Below, one piece after another: positions 20,327-28,552 of a stretch of 64,000 nt of DNA. Every line of letters starts with the position of its first letter. The first letter of the stretch is position 1. The notes under the pieces are model-generated. The model worked only from the letters and a program-made list of their open reading frames with translations, had not been told where the DNA came from and made no database searches. The position numbers were made by a program, and so were the translations under genes. The DNA comes from Eubacteriales bacterium. Its GTDB lineage: Bacteria > Bacillota > Clostridia > Oscillospirales > CAG-272. The DNA lies in assembly GCA_045580325.1 (NCBI GenBank), contig JAZNNR010000017.1:5682-69681 (forward strand), in the 5' to 3' direction.

Positions 20327-22561
20327 ATGGATAATAATTTCAATACAATGGAGCAGTCGGGCGATAATTTCAGCAGTCTGAAAGCTCTTCTAAATGAAAA
20401 TCCAACCAAATATGATATTCCAAAAATTGAAAAAGCATATATTTTTGCGGAAAAGCTCCACTCGGGGCAGTACCGTGTAAGCGGCGAGCCTTTTATTATC
20501 CATCCCGTCGCTGTTGCCGAGATAGTTTATTCGCTCGGTCTTGATACCGACTCTATCTGCGCAGCACTTCTGCACGACACGGTCGAGGACTGCTCCGTTT
20601 CTCTCGAAACTATCAGAAAAGAGTTCGGCCCGACTATCGAAATGCTCGTTGACGGTCTTACAAAGCTCGTAAAGATCCCCTTTGATGACAAAGAAGAGGA
20701 GCATATGGAAAACCTCCGTAAAATGTTCCTTGCAATGTCAAAGGACATACGAGTAATATTCATTAAGCTCTGCGACCGTCTTCACAATATGCGTACCCTT
20801 GGTGTCAGACGCGACCAGAAGCGCCGTAACGTTGCTCACGAAACGATGCAGGTATATGCACCGCTGGCGCACCGACTCGGTATGCAGAGGATAAAGCAGG
20901 AGCTTGAAAATCTTTCGCTTTCCTTCCTCGACCCCATCGGATACGCCGAGGTCAAGGCTGATATCGACGAAAAATACGGTCAGAACAGAGATTTTATCGT
21001 TCGTACTAAGGAAATGCTCTCCGAAAAGCTTGACCAGTATCATATTGAATATTCACTTGAAGGACGTGTAAAGAGTGTTTACAGTATCTATCGCAAAATG
21101 TTCAATCAGAACAAGAGTTTTGATGAGATATACGACTTTTACGCTGTACGAATAATCACCGAAACCGAGCTTGACTGCTACACGGCACTCGGTCTTATTC
21201 ACGATGCCTATAAGTCTGTTCCCGGCAGATTCAAGGACTACATTTCGACGCCAAAGCCGAATATGTATCAGTCGCTTCATACCACGGTTATCGGTCGCGA
21301 CGGTATTCCCTTCGAGGTTCAGATAAGGACTCGTAAGATGCATCAGGTCGCTGAATACGGTGTCGCAGCGCACTGGAAATACAAATCGGGCGACAAGCGA
21401 AGCTCCGAAGAAATCGATGCAAAGCTCGAGTGGATCTCAAAGCTTATCGACACAGAAAACAATATCAATGACCCCGACGAATTTTTACAGGCACTCAAGG
21501 TCGATATATTCCACGACGAAGTTTTCGTCTTTACCCCGAAGGGCGACGTTGTCGCTCTCCCGCAGGGCGCAACCCTTATCGACTTTGCCTACGCTATACA
21601 CTCGGGTGTCGGAAACAGTATGATAGGCGCAAAGGTCAACGGTATCATCACACAGATAGACAAGAGTCCCTCGAACGGTGATATTGTTGAAATTCTCACC
21701 TCGTCATCGTCGAAGGGTCCTAAGAGAAACTGGCTGAACACAGTAAAAACAGGCGAAGCACGAAACAAGATACGCCAGTGGTTCAAGAAGGAAAAGCGTC
21801 CCGAAAATATAGTGGTCGGTCGTACCGAGGTCGACCGCGAGCTCAAAAAGCTCGGTCGTCCGTATAACGCATCGCAGCGCGATGAGATACTTATGAGGAT
21901 CGCCTCGCGTATGGGCATACAGACGGTTGACGATCTTCTCAACACCATCGGATACGGCGGACTTAACGTCAGCAAAATACTTACCAAGCTGAAAGATGAA
22001 TTTGACAAGGTCGTAAAGCCCGTCGAAAGCACGGCTGCACCTGCGGTAGTCGTTCCCGAGATCAAGGCAACTCCCGTTAAGCGTAAAGCGAGCAACAGCG
22101 GAGTTATCGTTGACGGTCTTGAGGGATGTGAGGTCAAATTTGCAAAGTGTTGCAATCCTCTGCCAGGCGACAAGATCATCGGATTTATCACGCGCGGATC
22201 GGGCGTTTCGGTACACAAGCGCGACTGTCCGAACGTCATATCAGGATTTAAAAGGCCCGATAAGATCGACCGCTTCATCAGCGTTTTCTGGGAAGAAGCT
22301 CCCGAGGAAAAGAAGGCGGGCGGCCTTTACGAGTCCTTTATTCAGGTTTTTGCCGAAAACGACATTCAGCTTCTTGCGAACATCACCTCTGTTATCGCAG
22401 AAATGCGCGTAATGCTCTATCAGATCAACACACACAGCCGTGATAACGATATTACGGTAAATCTCGTTGTCGGCTGCAAGAATATCGACCACTTCCAGTC
22501 GATTATGGCTCGGCTTCGCACTATCGAGCACGTGTTTGACGTGCGTCGCGGATATATGTAA
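20327..22561 (+). CDS. relA: bifunctional (p)ppGpp synthetase/hydrolase (RelA/SpoT, Rel)
   Basis: 744 aa. HD domain (HPVAVA, LHDTVED), synthetase domain (YRSLHTTV..., EVQIRT), and TGS and ACT regions. Confidence 0.95.
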   Translation: MDNNFNTMEQSGDNFSSLKALLNENPTKYDIPKIEKAYIFAEKLHSGQYRVSGEPFIIHPVAVAEIVYSLGLDTDSICAALLHDTVEDCSVSLETIRKEFGPTIEMLVDGLTKLVKIPFDDKEEEHMENLRKMFLAMSKDIRVIFIKLCDRLHNMRTLGVRRDQKRRNVAHETMQVYAPLAHRLGMQRIKQELENLSLSFLDPIGYAEVKADIDEKYGQNRDFIVRTKEMLSEKLDQYHIEYSLEGRVKSVYSIYRKMFNQNKSFDEIYDFYAVRIITETELDCYTALGLIHDAYKSVPGRFKDYISTPKPNMYQSLHTTVIGRDGIPFEVQIRTRKMHQVAEYGVAAHWKYKSGDKRSSEEIDAKLEWISKLIDTENNINDPDEFLQALKVDIFHDEVFVFTPKGDVVALPQGATLIDFAYAIHSGVGNSMIGAKVNGIITQIDKSPSNGDIVEILTSSSSKGPKRNWLNTVKTGEARNKIRQWFKKEKRPENIVVGRTEVDRELKKLGRPYNASQRDEILMRIASRMGIQTVDDLLNTIGYGGLNVSKILTKLKDEFDKVVKPVESTAAPAVVVPEIKATPVKRKASNSGVIVDGLEGCEVKFAKCCNPLPGDKIIGFITRGSGVSVHKRDCPNVISGFKRPDKIDRFISVFWEEAPEEKKAGGLYESFIQVFAENDIQLLANITSVIAEMRVMLYQINTHSRDNDITVNLVVGCKNIDHFQSIMARLRTIEHVFDVRRGYM

Positions 22562-22810
22562 AAATCGACGCTGAAGGCGTCGATTAACAGTTTTATGTTT
22601 TAGCCAAGTGGCTAAAACATAAAACTTCGTCCTTCGATTGAAGATAAATCGATGGCGGTGCCGTCGATTAACATTTTACGATTTCGCAAAGCGAAATCGT
22701 AAACTTCGACCTTCGAATGAAGTTAAATCGACGCTGAAGGCGTCGATTAGCAGTTTCGCTATCGGACAGCCGTCCGCTTTTTCGCTAACGCGAAAACCGC
22801 AAACTGCACC
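22562..22810. repeat. three tandem ~80-bp units, each built from three hairpins
   Basis: Units start at 22562, 22647 and 22726. Each is AAATCGA[..]TCGATTA, then a long AT-rich hairpin (e.g. TTTTATGTTTTAGCC-aagt-GGCTAAAACATAAAA), then CTTCGNCCTTCGANTGAAG. Confidence 0.75.
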
Positions 22811-22837
22811 CTTCGATTGGAAATACAGATTTATTTT

Positions 22838-22917
22838 GTAGGGACTGGCGTCCTCGACAGTCCGTTATCTCCCACACACAAAAATTTACCCGTAGGGGTC
22901 GGCGCCTTCGACGACCC
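22838..22917 (+). repeat. direct pair of GTAG-headed hairpins (REP-like)
   Basis: GTAGGGACTG-GCGTCCTCGA-CAGTCC (22838-22863) and GTAGGGGTCG-GCGCCTTCGA-CGACCC (22892-22917). The loop is conserved and the stems differ but stay complementary. Confidence 0.65.
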
Positions 22918-22945
22918 GCACACGACAACCAAAACACAACGAAAA

Positions 22946-22976
22946 AACGGAGAAGCTCAGAGCTTCTCCGTTTTTA
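22946..22976. terminator. bidirectional terminator downstream of hsp20
   Basis: AACGGAGAAGCT-cag-AGCTTCTCCGTT flanked by A6 and T5. Confidence 0.75.
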
Positions 22977-22989
22977 TTATATTTTTCAG

Positions 22990-23421
22990 TTATCTCACTT
23001 CAAGTCTTCTTGATTTAGGTGCTTCGGGGAGCTTTTTGGGCAGAGTGAGCACCAAAACTCCGTTTTTGAACTCGGCATCGATGTTTTCTGCGTCAATATC
23101 CGAAATGTTGAAGCTTCTCTCAAACGAGCCGTAAGCCCTTTCTCTGCGGAGATACTTTCCTCCGTCTTCGTCCGAGCTTTCGTATTTACGCTCTGCCTTT
23201 ACCGTGAGAATTCCGTCGCCGATATTTATATCAATATCTTCCTTGTTTATACCGGGCAGGTCAGACTCTACGATATACGCATCGCCGCTGTCGCGAATGT
23301 CCGTTTTGAAGACAGCCGGCTGTGTACTGTCGCCGAAGAACGCCTTTTCAAGTCTTTCCATCTCGTAAAAAGGATTATATGCGTTTATATTTCTCGAATA
23401 AAAGGGTGTGAGTTTGATCAT
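22990..23421 (-). CDS. Hsp20/alpha-crystallin family small heat-shock protein
   Basis: 143 aa. Contains FKTDIRDSGDAYIVESDLPGINKEDIDI...LTVKAER...ERAYGSFERSF and GVLVLTLPK. Confidence 0.9.
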   Translation of the reverse strand: MIKLTPFYSRNINAYNPFYEMERLEKAFFGDSTQPAVFKTDIRDSGDAYIVESDLPGINKEDIDINIGDGILTVKAERKYESSDEDGGKYLRRERAYGSFERSFNISDIDAENIDAEFKNGVLVLTLPKKLPEAPKSRRLEVR

Positions 23422-23610
23422 AGTTAATTTCCTCCGTTAAAATTCAGTATTTTTATTTTGTCCCGACCTTTTTATTATATACAGAAGATATACCGCTCAC
23501 CGACACCGTGGATCCTTTTGGTATCAGCTTCGTTTTCCTCTGTGGACATCTTTATTTTAACTCGAATTTGTTAACTATTAAAGTCTATTCTGTTGCTAAA
23601 ATGTAAATAG

Positions 23611-23637
23611 TTAGCACTCTTATGTATTGAGTGCTAA
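23611..23637. promoter_or_regulatory. CIRCE element (HrcA operator)
   Basis: Perfect TTAGCACTC-N9-GAGTGCTAA, 190 nt upstream of the hsp20 start. Confidence 0.85.
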
Positions 23638-23729
23638 CTATTTTTTGTTTCGTTATTTATTTTCACTTACAATCCTTTGTTTTATAGGCGATTTTTAATC
23701 ACATTATCACTTGCTGTGCAAGAGTGATA

Positions 23730-24113
23730 TTAAATATCCTCTTCTTCGAAAATTTCTTCTTCCTCTTCGGAAATCTCCTCGCTGTCATCTTCAATAGGAT
23801 TTCCGTCCGAGTCAAGACCGCGGCGGGTAAGATGTATCTCGTATGCAATAGATTCGATAAGATCTTTGTCGGTTACAAAATCAATAGAATGCTCCCCGTC
23901 GTTATCCTCAAGAAGAATAACTGCGGCAAAATCGGTGGTGCGCTCGCCGTTTTCGTCTATCTCGTGCAAATATGCATAGTTTTTTCCTTCATATTCCACC
24001 GTAGCCACCTGACTAAACATAAGCTTTTCGCCTCTGTGGTTTTCAAAAATGACAGGCTCCCAGTCTTCACTGTCAGAAAGTCTTTCGTATATTTCATCAA
24101 TATTTACTATCAT
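23730..24113 (-). CDS. DUF1292-like acidic protein
   Basis: Start moved to MIVNIDE (24113) behind GGAAGGAAAG. Central F..V..VEYEGKNYAYL...AVILLED.DGE pattern with an acidic tail. Confidence 0.55.
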   Translation of the reverse strand: MIVNIDEIYERLSDSEDWEPVIFENHRGEKLMFSQVATVEYEGKNYAYLHEIDENGERTTDFAAVILLEDNDGEHSIDFVTDKDLIESIAYEIHLTRRGLDSDGNPIEDDSEEISEEEEEIFEEEDI

Positions 24114-24333
24114 ATTTTTCTTTCCTTCCTTTTTATTTATTATAGTGTTATTGTTAATTATAGCACTAAAATAATGTATTTGCAAGATTTAAACTTAGTA
24201 AAATGCGTTTTTTACAAAATTTTTTAAAGAAATCGGTGAAAAATCGGCAAAAAATTTTGTGTTATCGGTTGTAATTGAGAAAATAATGTGATAAAATATC
24301 TTTTATAGTAAGATAGTGGGGGAGAGTTTGTTT

Positions 24334-25071
24334 ATGCCCGAAAAGAAGGTTCTTATAACAGGAGCTTCGCGCGGAATAGGCGCGGCTTGCGCAAAAAAAT
24401 TCGCATTACACGGATTTTCCGAGGTTATAAATTACCGCTCGTCTGACGAGAGTGCCAAGTGCGTAAAAAACGAGTGCATTTCGCTTGGCTCTCCAAAGGT
24501 AGTTACGTTCAAAGCTGACGTTTCGAAATCGGGCGACGTTGACAGCTTATATTCGGAAGCCACAAATCAACTCGGATTTATCGACACGCTTATTCTTAAC
24601 GCGGGCGTCGCGTCCTACGGACTTTTTCAGAACGTAAGCGAGGAAGAATTCGACCGCGTAATGAACACAAACGTCAAGGGCGTATTCCTCACCGCTAAAA
24701 AATTCATACCGCAGATGATCTCAAATCGCCGCGGAAATATTATTATTATTTCTTCGGTCTGGGGACAGGTCGGCGGCTCCTGCGAGGTGGTTTACTCTGC
24801 CTCGAAGGCGGCTCTCATCGGAATGACAAAGGCTCTCGCCAAAGAGCTTGGACCGTCGGGAATAAGAGTGAACTGCGTTGCTCCGGGAGTAGTTGAAACC
24901 GATATGGTGGCTTCTCTTGGCAGCGAAACGCTTGCATCTCTCGCCGAGGATACTCCGCTTTGCCGCAACGCTTCTCCCGAGGAGATCGCAAACGCCGTCT
25001 ATTTTCTCGCGTCCCCCGAGGCTTCCTTCATTACAGGACAAGTCCTCGCCGTAAACGGCGGTACTTGTTGA
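24334..25071 (+). CDS. SDR-family oxidoreductase (FabG-like 3-oxoacyl-ACP reductase type)
   Basis: Start at MPEKKVLITGASRGIG (24334). Contains NAG, S..YSASKAA and PG.V.T motifs. Confidence 0.8.
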   Translation: MPEKKVLITGASRGIGAACAKKFALHGFSEVINYRSSDESAKCVKNECISLGSPKVVTFKADVSKSGDVDSLYSEATNQLGFIDTLILNAGVASYGLFQNVSEEEFDRVMNTNVKGVFLTAKKFIPQMISNRRGNIIIISSVWGQVGGSCEVVYSASKAALIGMTKALAKELGPSGIRVNCVAPGVVETDMVASLGSETLASLAEDTPLCRNASPEEIANAVYFLASPEASFITGQVLAVNGGTC

Positions 25072-25232
25072 GGAACACCTTAGGGCTTTGCCCTAAGAAC
25101 CCACCAAGAAACTTTTTGAAAAAAGTTTCTTGTAACTTCAAAAACTTTACTAAAAAGAGCTTTTACACATTTCAGCAAAGTTTTTAGGGAGGTTTGGAAC
25201 ACCTTTTTTCAAAAAGGGATTCCAAGAAAACT
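25072..25232. repeat. composite multi-hairpin intergenic repeat, copy II
   Basis: CTTAGGGCTTTGCCCTAAG, CAAGAAACTTTTTGAAAAAAGTTTCTTG, AACTTCAAAAACTTTACTAAAAAG, TTCAGCAAAGTTTTTAGGG, CCTTTTTTCAAAAAGGG. Confidence 0.75.
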
Positions 25233-26096
25233 ATGAAAATCATTGATTTTGGTAACTACATAAAAATCGAAGACGAGAGCTTCTTCGACATATTCCAGAC
25301 CTTCGACTGCGGTCAGACCTTCCGCTTCGAAAGTGCAGACGAAAGAACGGTCGAGGGCGTAGCTCTCGGCAGACTGCTCCGGCTCACGCAGACAGAGGAC
25401 GGCAGTATCGAAATAAACTGCACGCTCGAGGAATTTGAAGGTGTTTGGAAGCACTATCTCGCGCTCGACCGCGACTACGGTAAGATAAACCGATATTTTT
25501 CCGAGGGCAACGACGAGGTGCTGAAAAAGGCTTCTCTCTACGGCAAGGGCATACATATTTTGCGTCAAGACCCTTGGGAAGCGCTTTGCTCTTTTATAAT
25601 ATCGCAAAACAACAACATTCCAAGAATAAAAAAGATAATAAACGCTCTGTCCGAAAAGTTCGGAGAGCCTTTTGAGTGTGATGGAAAGACCTACTACTCT
25701 TTCCCAACAGCAGAGGCTCTCGCAAACGCAGGCGAAGCCGAAATTTTCGCCCTGAAAACAGGATTTCGAGCAAAATATATATGCGATGCCGCAGAAAAAG
25801 TGGCATCGGGAGAGATAGATCTCAAAAACATTTTAAAACTTCCCACCCTCAAGGCTCAAACAGAGCTTCTTCGCATAAAGGGTGTCGGTCCGAAGGTCGC
25901 CTCGTGTGCGCTGCTTTTCGGATTTGACAAAACTGACGCATTCCCCATAGACGTTTGGGTAAAGCGAGTTTTCTCAAAATATTATCCCAACGGATTTGAT
26001 ATCTGCTCCTTCGGAGAAAACGCAGGCATCGCGCAGCAGTATCTTTTCTACTACGAACGCTGGCAAAATACAAATCTCGGCAAAGGAAAACAGTAA
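25233..26096 (+). CDS. ogg: 8-oxoguanine DNA glycosylase/AP lyase (OGG1-type, HhH-GPD)
   Basis: Start at MKIIDF (25233). Contains FDCGQTFRF, NNNIPRI, GVGPKVASCALLFG and DVW. Confidence 0.78.
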   Translation: MKIIDFGNYIKIEDESFFDIFQTFDCGQTFRFESADERTVEGVALGRLLRLTQTEDGSIEINCTLEEFEGVWKHYLALDRDYGKINRYFSEGNDEVLKKASLYGKGIHILRQDPWEALCSFIISQNNNIPRIKKIINALSEKFGEPFECDGKTYYSFPTAEALANAGEAEIFALKTGFRAKYICDAAEKVASGEIDLKNILKLPTLKAQTELLRIKGVGPKVASCALLFGFDKTDAFPIDVWVKRVFSKYYPNGFDICSFGENAGIAQQYLFYYERWQNTNLGKGKQ

Positions 26097-27691
26097 TGGA
26101 TCATAACAGTCAAAAAGAGTATACGCGCATAGTCGAGATATACGACTCTACCCTGCGCGACGGCGCACAAAGCGAAGGAATTTCCTTCTCGGTAAGCGAC
26201 AAAAAGAAAATAATCTCCCTGCTCGACGAGTTCGGCGTAAAATACATAGAAGCGGGAAATCCCTTCTCAAACCCCAAGGACCTCCGTCTTTTTGAGGAAA
26301 TGAAGGGAGTAAAGCTGAAAAACGCTCGTCTTTGTGCCTTCGGCAGCACGGCAAAAAGCGCCTGTCCCGAAAAGGACGCAGGTATCGCCGCTCTCCTTTC
26401 AGCAGGCACGGACACTCTTGCCATAGTCGCAAAGTGCCGTGAGAAGCATCTTGCCGAAATTCTCGCCATATCACCCGCTGATAATCTTATTTTTATAGAA
26501 AAAAGCGTATCCTACCTCAAGAGCTGCGGCAAAGAGGTCATTCTCGATGCAGAGCATTTCTTCGACGGATATATTGAAAATCCCAAATATTCGCTTGAAG
26601 CTCTGCGCGCTGCTCTTCGCGGCGGAGCAGATACTCTGACTCTCTGCGACACAAACGGCGGAACACTTCCGCACGACATCGAGCGCATCGTTTCCGAGGT
26701 AGCAAAGGCTCTGCCCGAGGCAAAGCTCTCTATACACTGCCACGACGACTGCGGCTGTGCGGTCGCAAATTCGATTGCGGCGGTACGTGCAGGCGCTATG
26801 CAGGTGCAGGGTACCTTCATCGGCTATGGAGAAAGATGCGGAAACGCTGACCTTTCGACCGTTATGCCCGGTCTTATGCTCAAATGCGGCGTGAACTGCG
26901 ACGTTAATTTGAAAAATCTTCGCCTCACAGCAAAGCAGATCGCAGAAATATCAAACATCCGTCTGCGCCACAATCACCCATACATCGGCAAATGCGCCTT
27001 TGCTCACAAGGGCGGTATGCATATAGATGCGGTACAGAAATGTCCGTCATCATTTGAACACGTTACGCCCGAAACGGTCGGAAACGAACGCAAATATCTC
27101 GTAAGCGAGGTGTCGGGCAGAAGTACGATACTCTCACAGCTTGAGAGATTTATCCCCGGACTTTCAAAGACCTCTCCCGAGGTCGAGCGTATCACCGCAA
27201 AGCTCAAGGAGCGCGAATTTGACGGCTATCAGTACGAGAGCGCAAACGCAAGCTTCGAGCTTCTCGTCAAAAAAGAGCTCGGTCTTTGGAAAGCACCCTT
27301 CAAGGTAATAATGTATAAGTCAAACGATGACTTCCCTGCTCCCGACGGCGAACAGCAGGCAAGCGCTATGATAAAGATCGAGGTTGAGGGAAAAACCGAG
27401 CTGTCCTGTGCGGACGGAAACGGTCCTGTCAACGCACTTGACGGAGCGCTTCGTAAGGCACTGCTCGCCTTTTATCCGCAGGTTGACAGTATGCGCCTGA
27501 ACGACTATAAGGTTAGAGTCGTTGACCTCGGCAAGAACACCGACTCCAAGGTACGAGTTCTTATCGATTCGTCTGACAAAAACACGTCTTTTTCAACCAT
27601 TGGCGTTTCGTGCGACATAATCGAAGCCAGCTTTATTGCCCTTGTCGACTCGTACGAATATTTCCTTGCAAAAGAAACGCCACTCGCTTAA
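26096..27691 (+). CDS. cimA: citramalate synthase (LeuA-family)
   Basis: 531 aa. YDSTLRDGAQSEGISFS, HCHDDCGCAVANS and a C-terminal LeuA_dimer-like region. Its ATG overlaps the ogg stop. Confidence 0.85.
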   Translation: MDHNSQKEYTRIVEIYDSTLRDGAQSEGISFSVSDKKKIISLLDEFGVKYIEAGNPFSNPKDLRLFEEMKGVKLKNARLCAFGSTAKSACPEKDAGIAALLSAGTDTLAIVAKCREKHLAEILAISPADNLIFIEKSVSYLKSCGKEVILDAEHFFDGYIENPKYSLEALRAALRGGADTLTLCDTNGGTLPHDIERIVSEVAKALPEAKLSIHCHDDCGCAVANSIAAVRAGAMQVQGTFIGYGERCGNADLSTVMPGLMLKCGVNCDVNLKNLRLTAKQIAEISNIRLRHNHPYIGKCAFAHKGGMHIDAVQKCPSSFEHVTPETVGNERKYLVSEVSGRSTILSQLERFIPGLSKTSPEVERITAKLKEREFDGYQYESANASFELLVKKELGLWKAPFKVIMYKSNDDFPAPDGEQQASAMIKIEVEGKTELSCADGNGPVNALDGALRKALLAFYPQVDSMRLNDYKVRVVDLGKNTDSKVRVLIDSSDKNTSFSTIGVSCDIIEASFIALVDSYEYFLAKETPLA

Positions 27692-28437
27692 GTGAGAGGG
27701 ATTTTCCCGACTATCAGCGATTCGGCAAGAACGACACGGCTTTCGCGTCTGAAAGCGACCGAGCCTGACATACATATGACCTGAACGTCCGAAACGACTG
27801 TCATGCTTATACGGTGAAGCGTCTGGTTTATTCCCGCCTCCTGCATATCCGAGGATATTTCGGCAGATACCGAAATGTACGGAACGGCACGAACGTTTAT
27901 GCAAAAGCCCTTTCCCGAAAGATATTTCGGAGCGATTATACTTCCGATAGGTACGGGAATATTTATATATTTTTTGTGTCTTATCTCGCTGTTTATGCGA
28001 GATACCACGTCGGCACACATTACACTCATACTTGCGGTATTGGCGTTAAGAGAAGCGATACTACCGTCGGGCATGATTATCTTCGTGCAAAAATCGTCCC
28101 ACGTGTACTTCTTTTCTTCAAGCTCACACTTCACCGCACAGATCACAGTTTGCTCGATAAATGAGCTTACAGTATTTTCAAGTGCACCGAGCGCGATCGG
28201 TTCGGCTTTTCTGTGTATTTTCATAGCGAAGGCACAAAGCAGACAGATACACAGGGCAAGAGAGAAAATACGAAGTAAAATTTTCGGACGTCTGCGTCTT
28301 TGGGAAATAGTTTTTTCAAGACGTTTGCGAAATTTGAGCAGTCCCTCGCGCAGTCCCACAGATATATTTTTTATAAAAATCACCCTTTTCCTTTTATTTA
28401 TATATTTATATTCGGAAAAGCTTGACTTCTTTATCAT
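27688..28437 (-). CDS. yunB: sporulation protein YunB
   Basis: N-terminal anchor plus ...IPVPIGSIIAPKYLSGKGFCINVRAVPYISVSAEISSDMQEAGINQTLHRISMTV...LAESLIVGKIP. Confidence 0.7.
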   Translation of the reverse strand: MIKKSSFSEYKYINKRKRVIFIKNISVGLREGLLKFRKRLEKTISQRRRRPKILLRIFSLALCICLLCAFAMKIHRKAEPIALGALENTVSSFIEQTVICAVKCELEEKKYTWDDFCTKIIMPDGSIASLNANTASMSVMCADVVSRINSEIRHKKYINIPVPIGSIIAPKYLSGKGFCINVRAVPYISVSAEISSDMQEAGINQTLHRISMTVVSDVQVICMSGSVAFRRESRVVLAESLIVGKIPLT

Positions 28438-28552
28438 TTTTACAACTTTTTAAAAATCCGAGACACTACGCAAGATTTTTGCGTACACTCCCGATTTTAA
28501 ATAAAATCTATTTTTAAAATCCGATACATTCGGAAAGAAAGGAATTAATAAT

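Noticed and set aside
22638-23134. ORFs 22638..22841 (+) and 22817..23134 (+) in the relA-hsp20 spacer
   Set aside because: They lie entirely within the hairpin-repeat arrays or antisense to hsp20. They have no RBS, and their sequence is dictated by palindromes.
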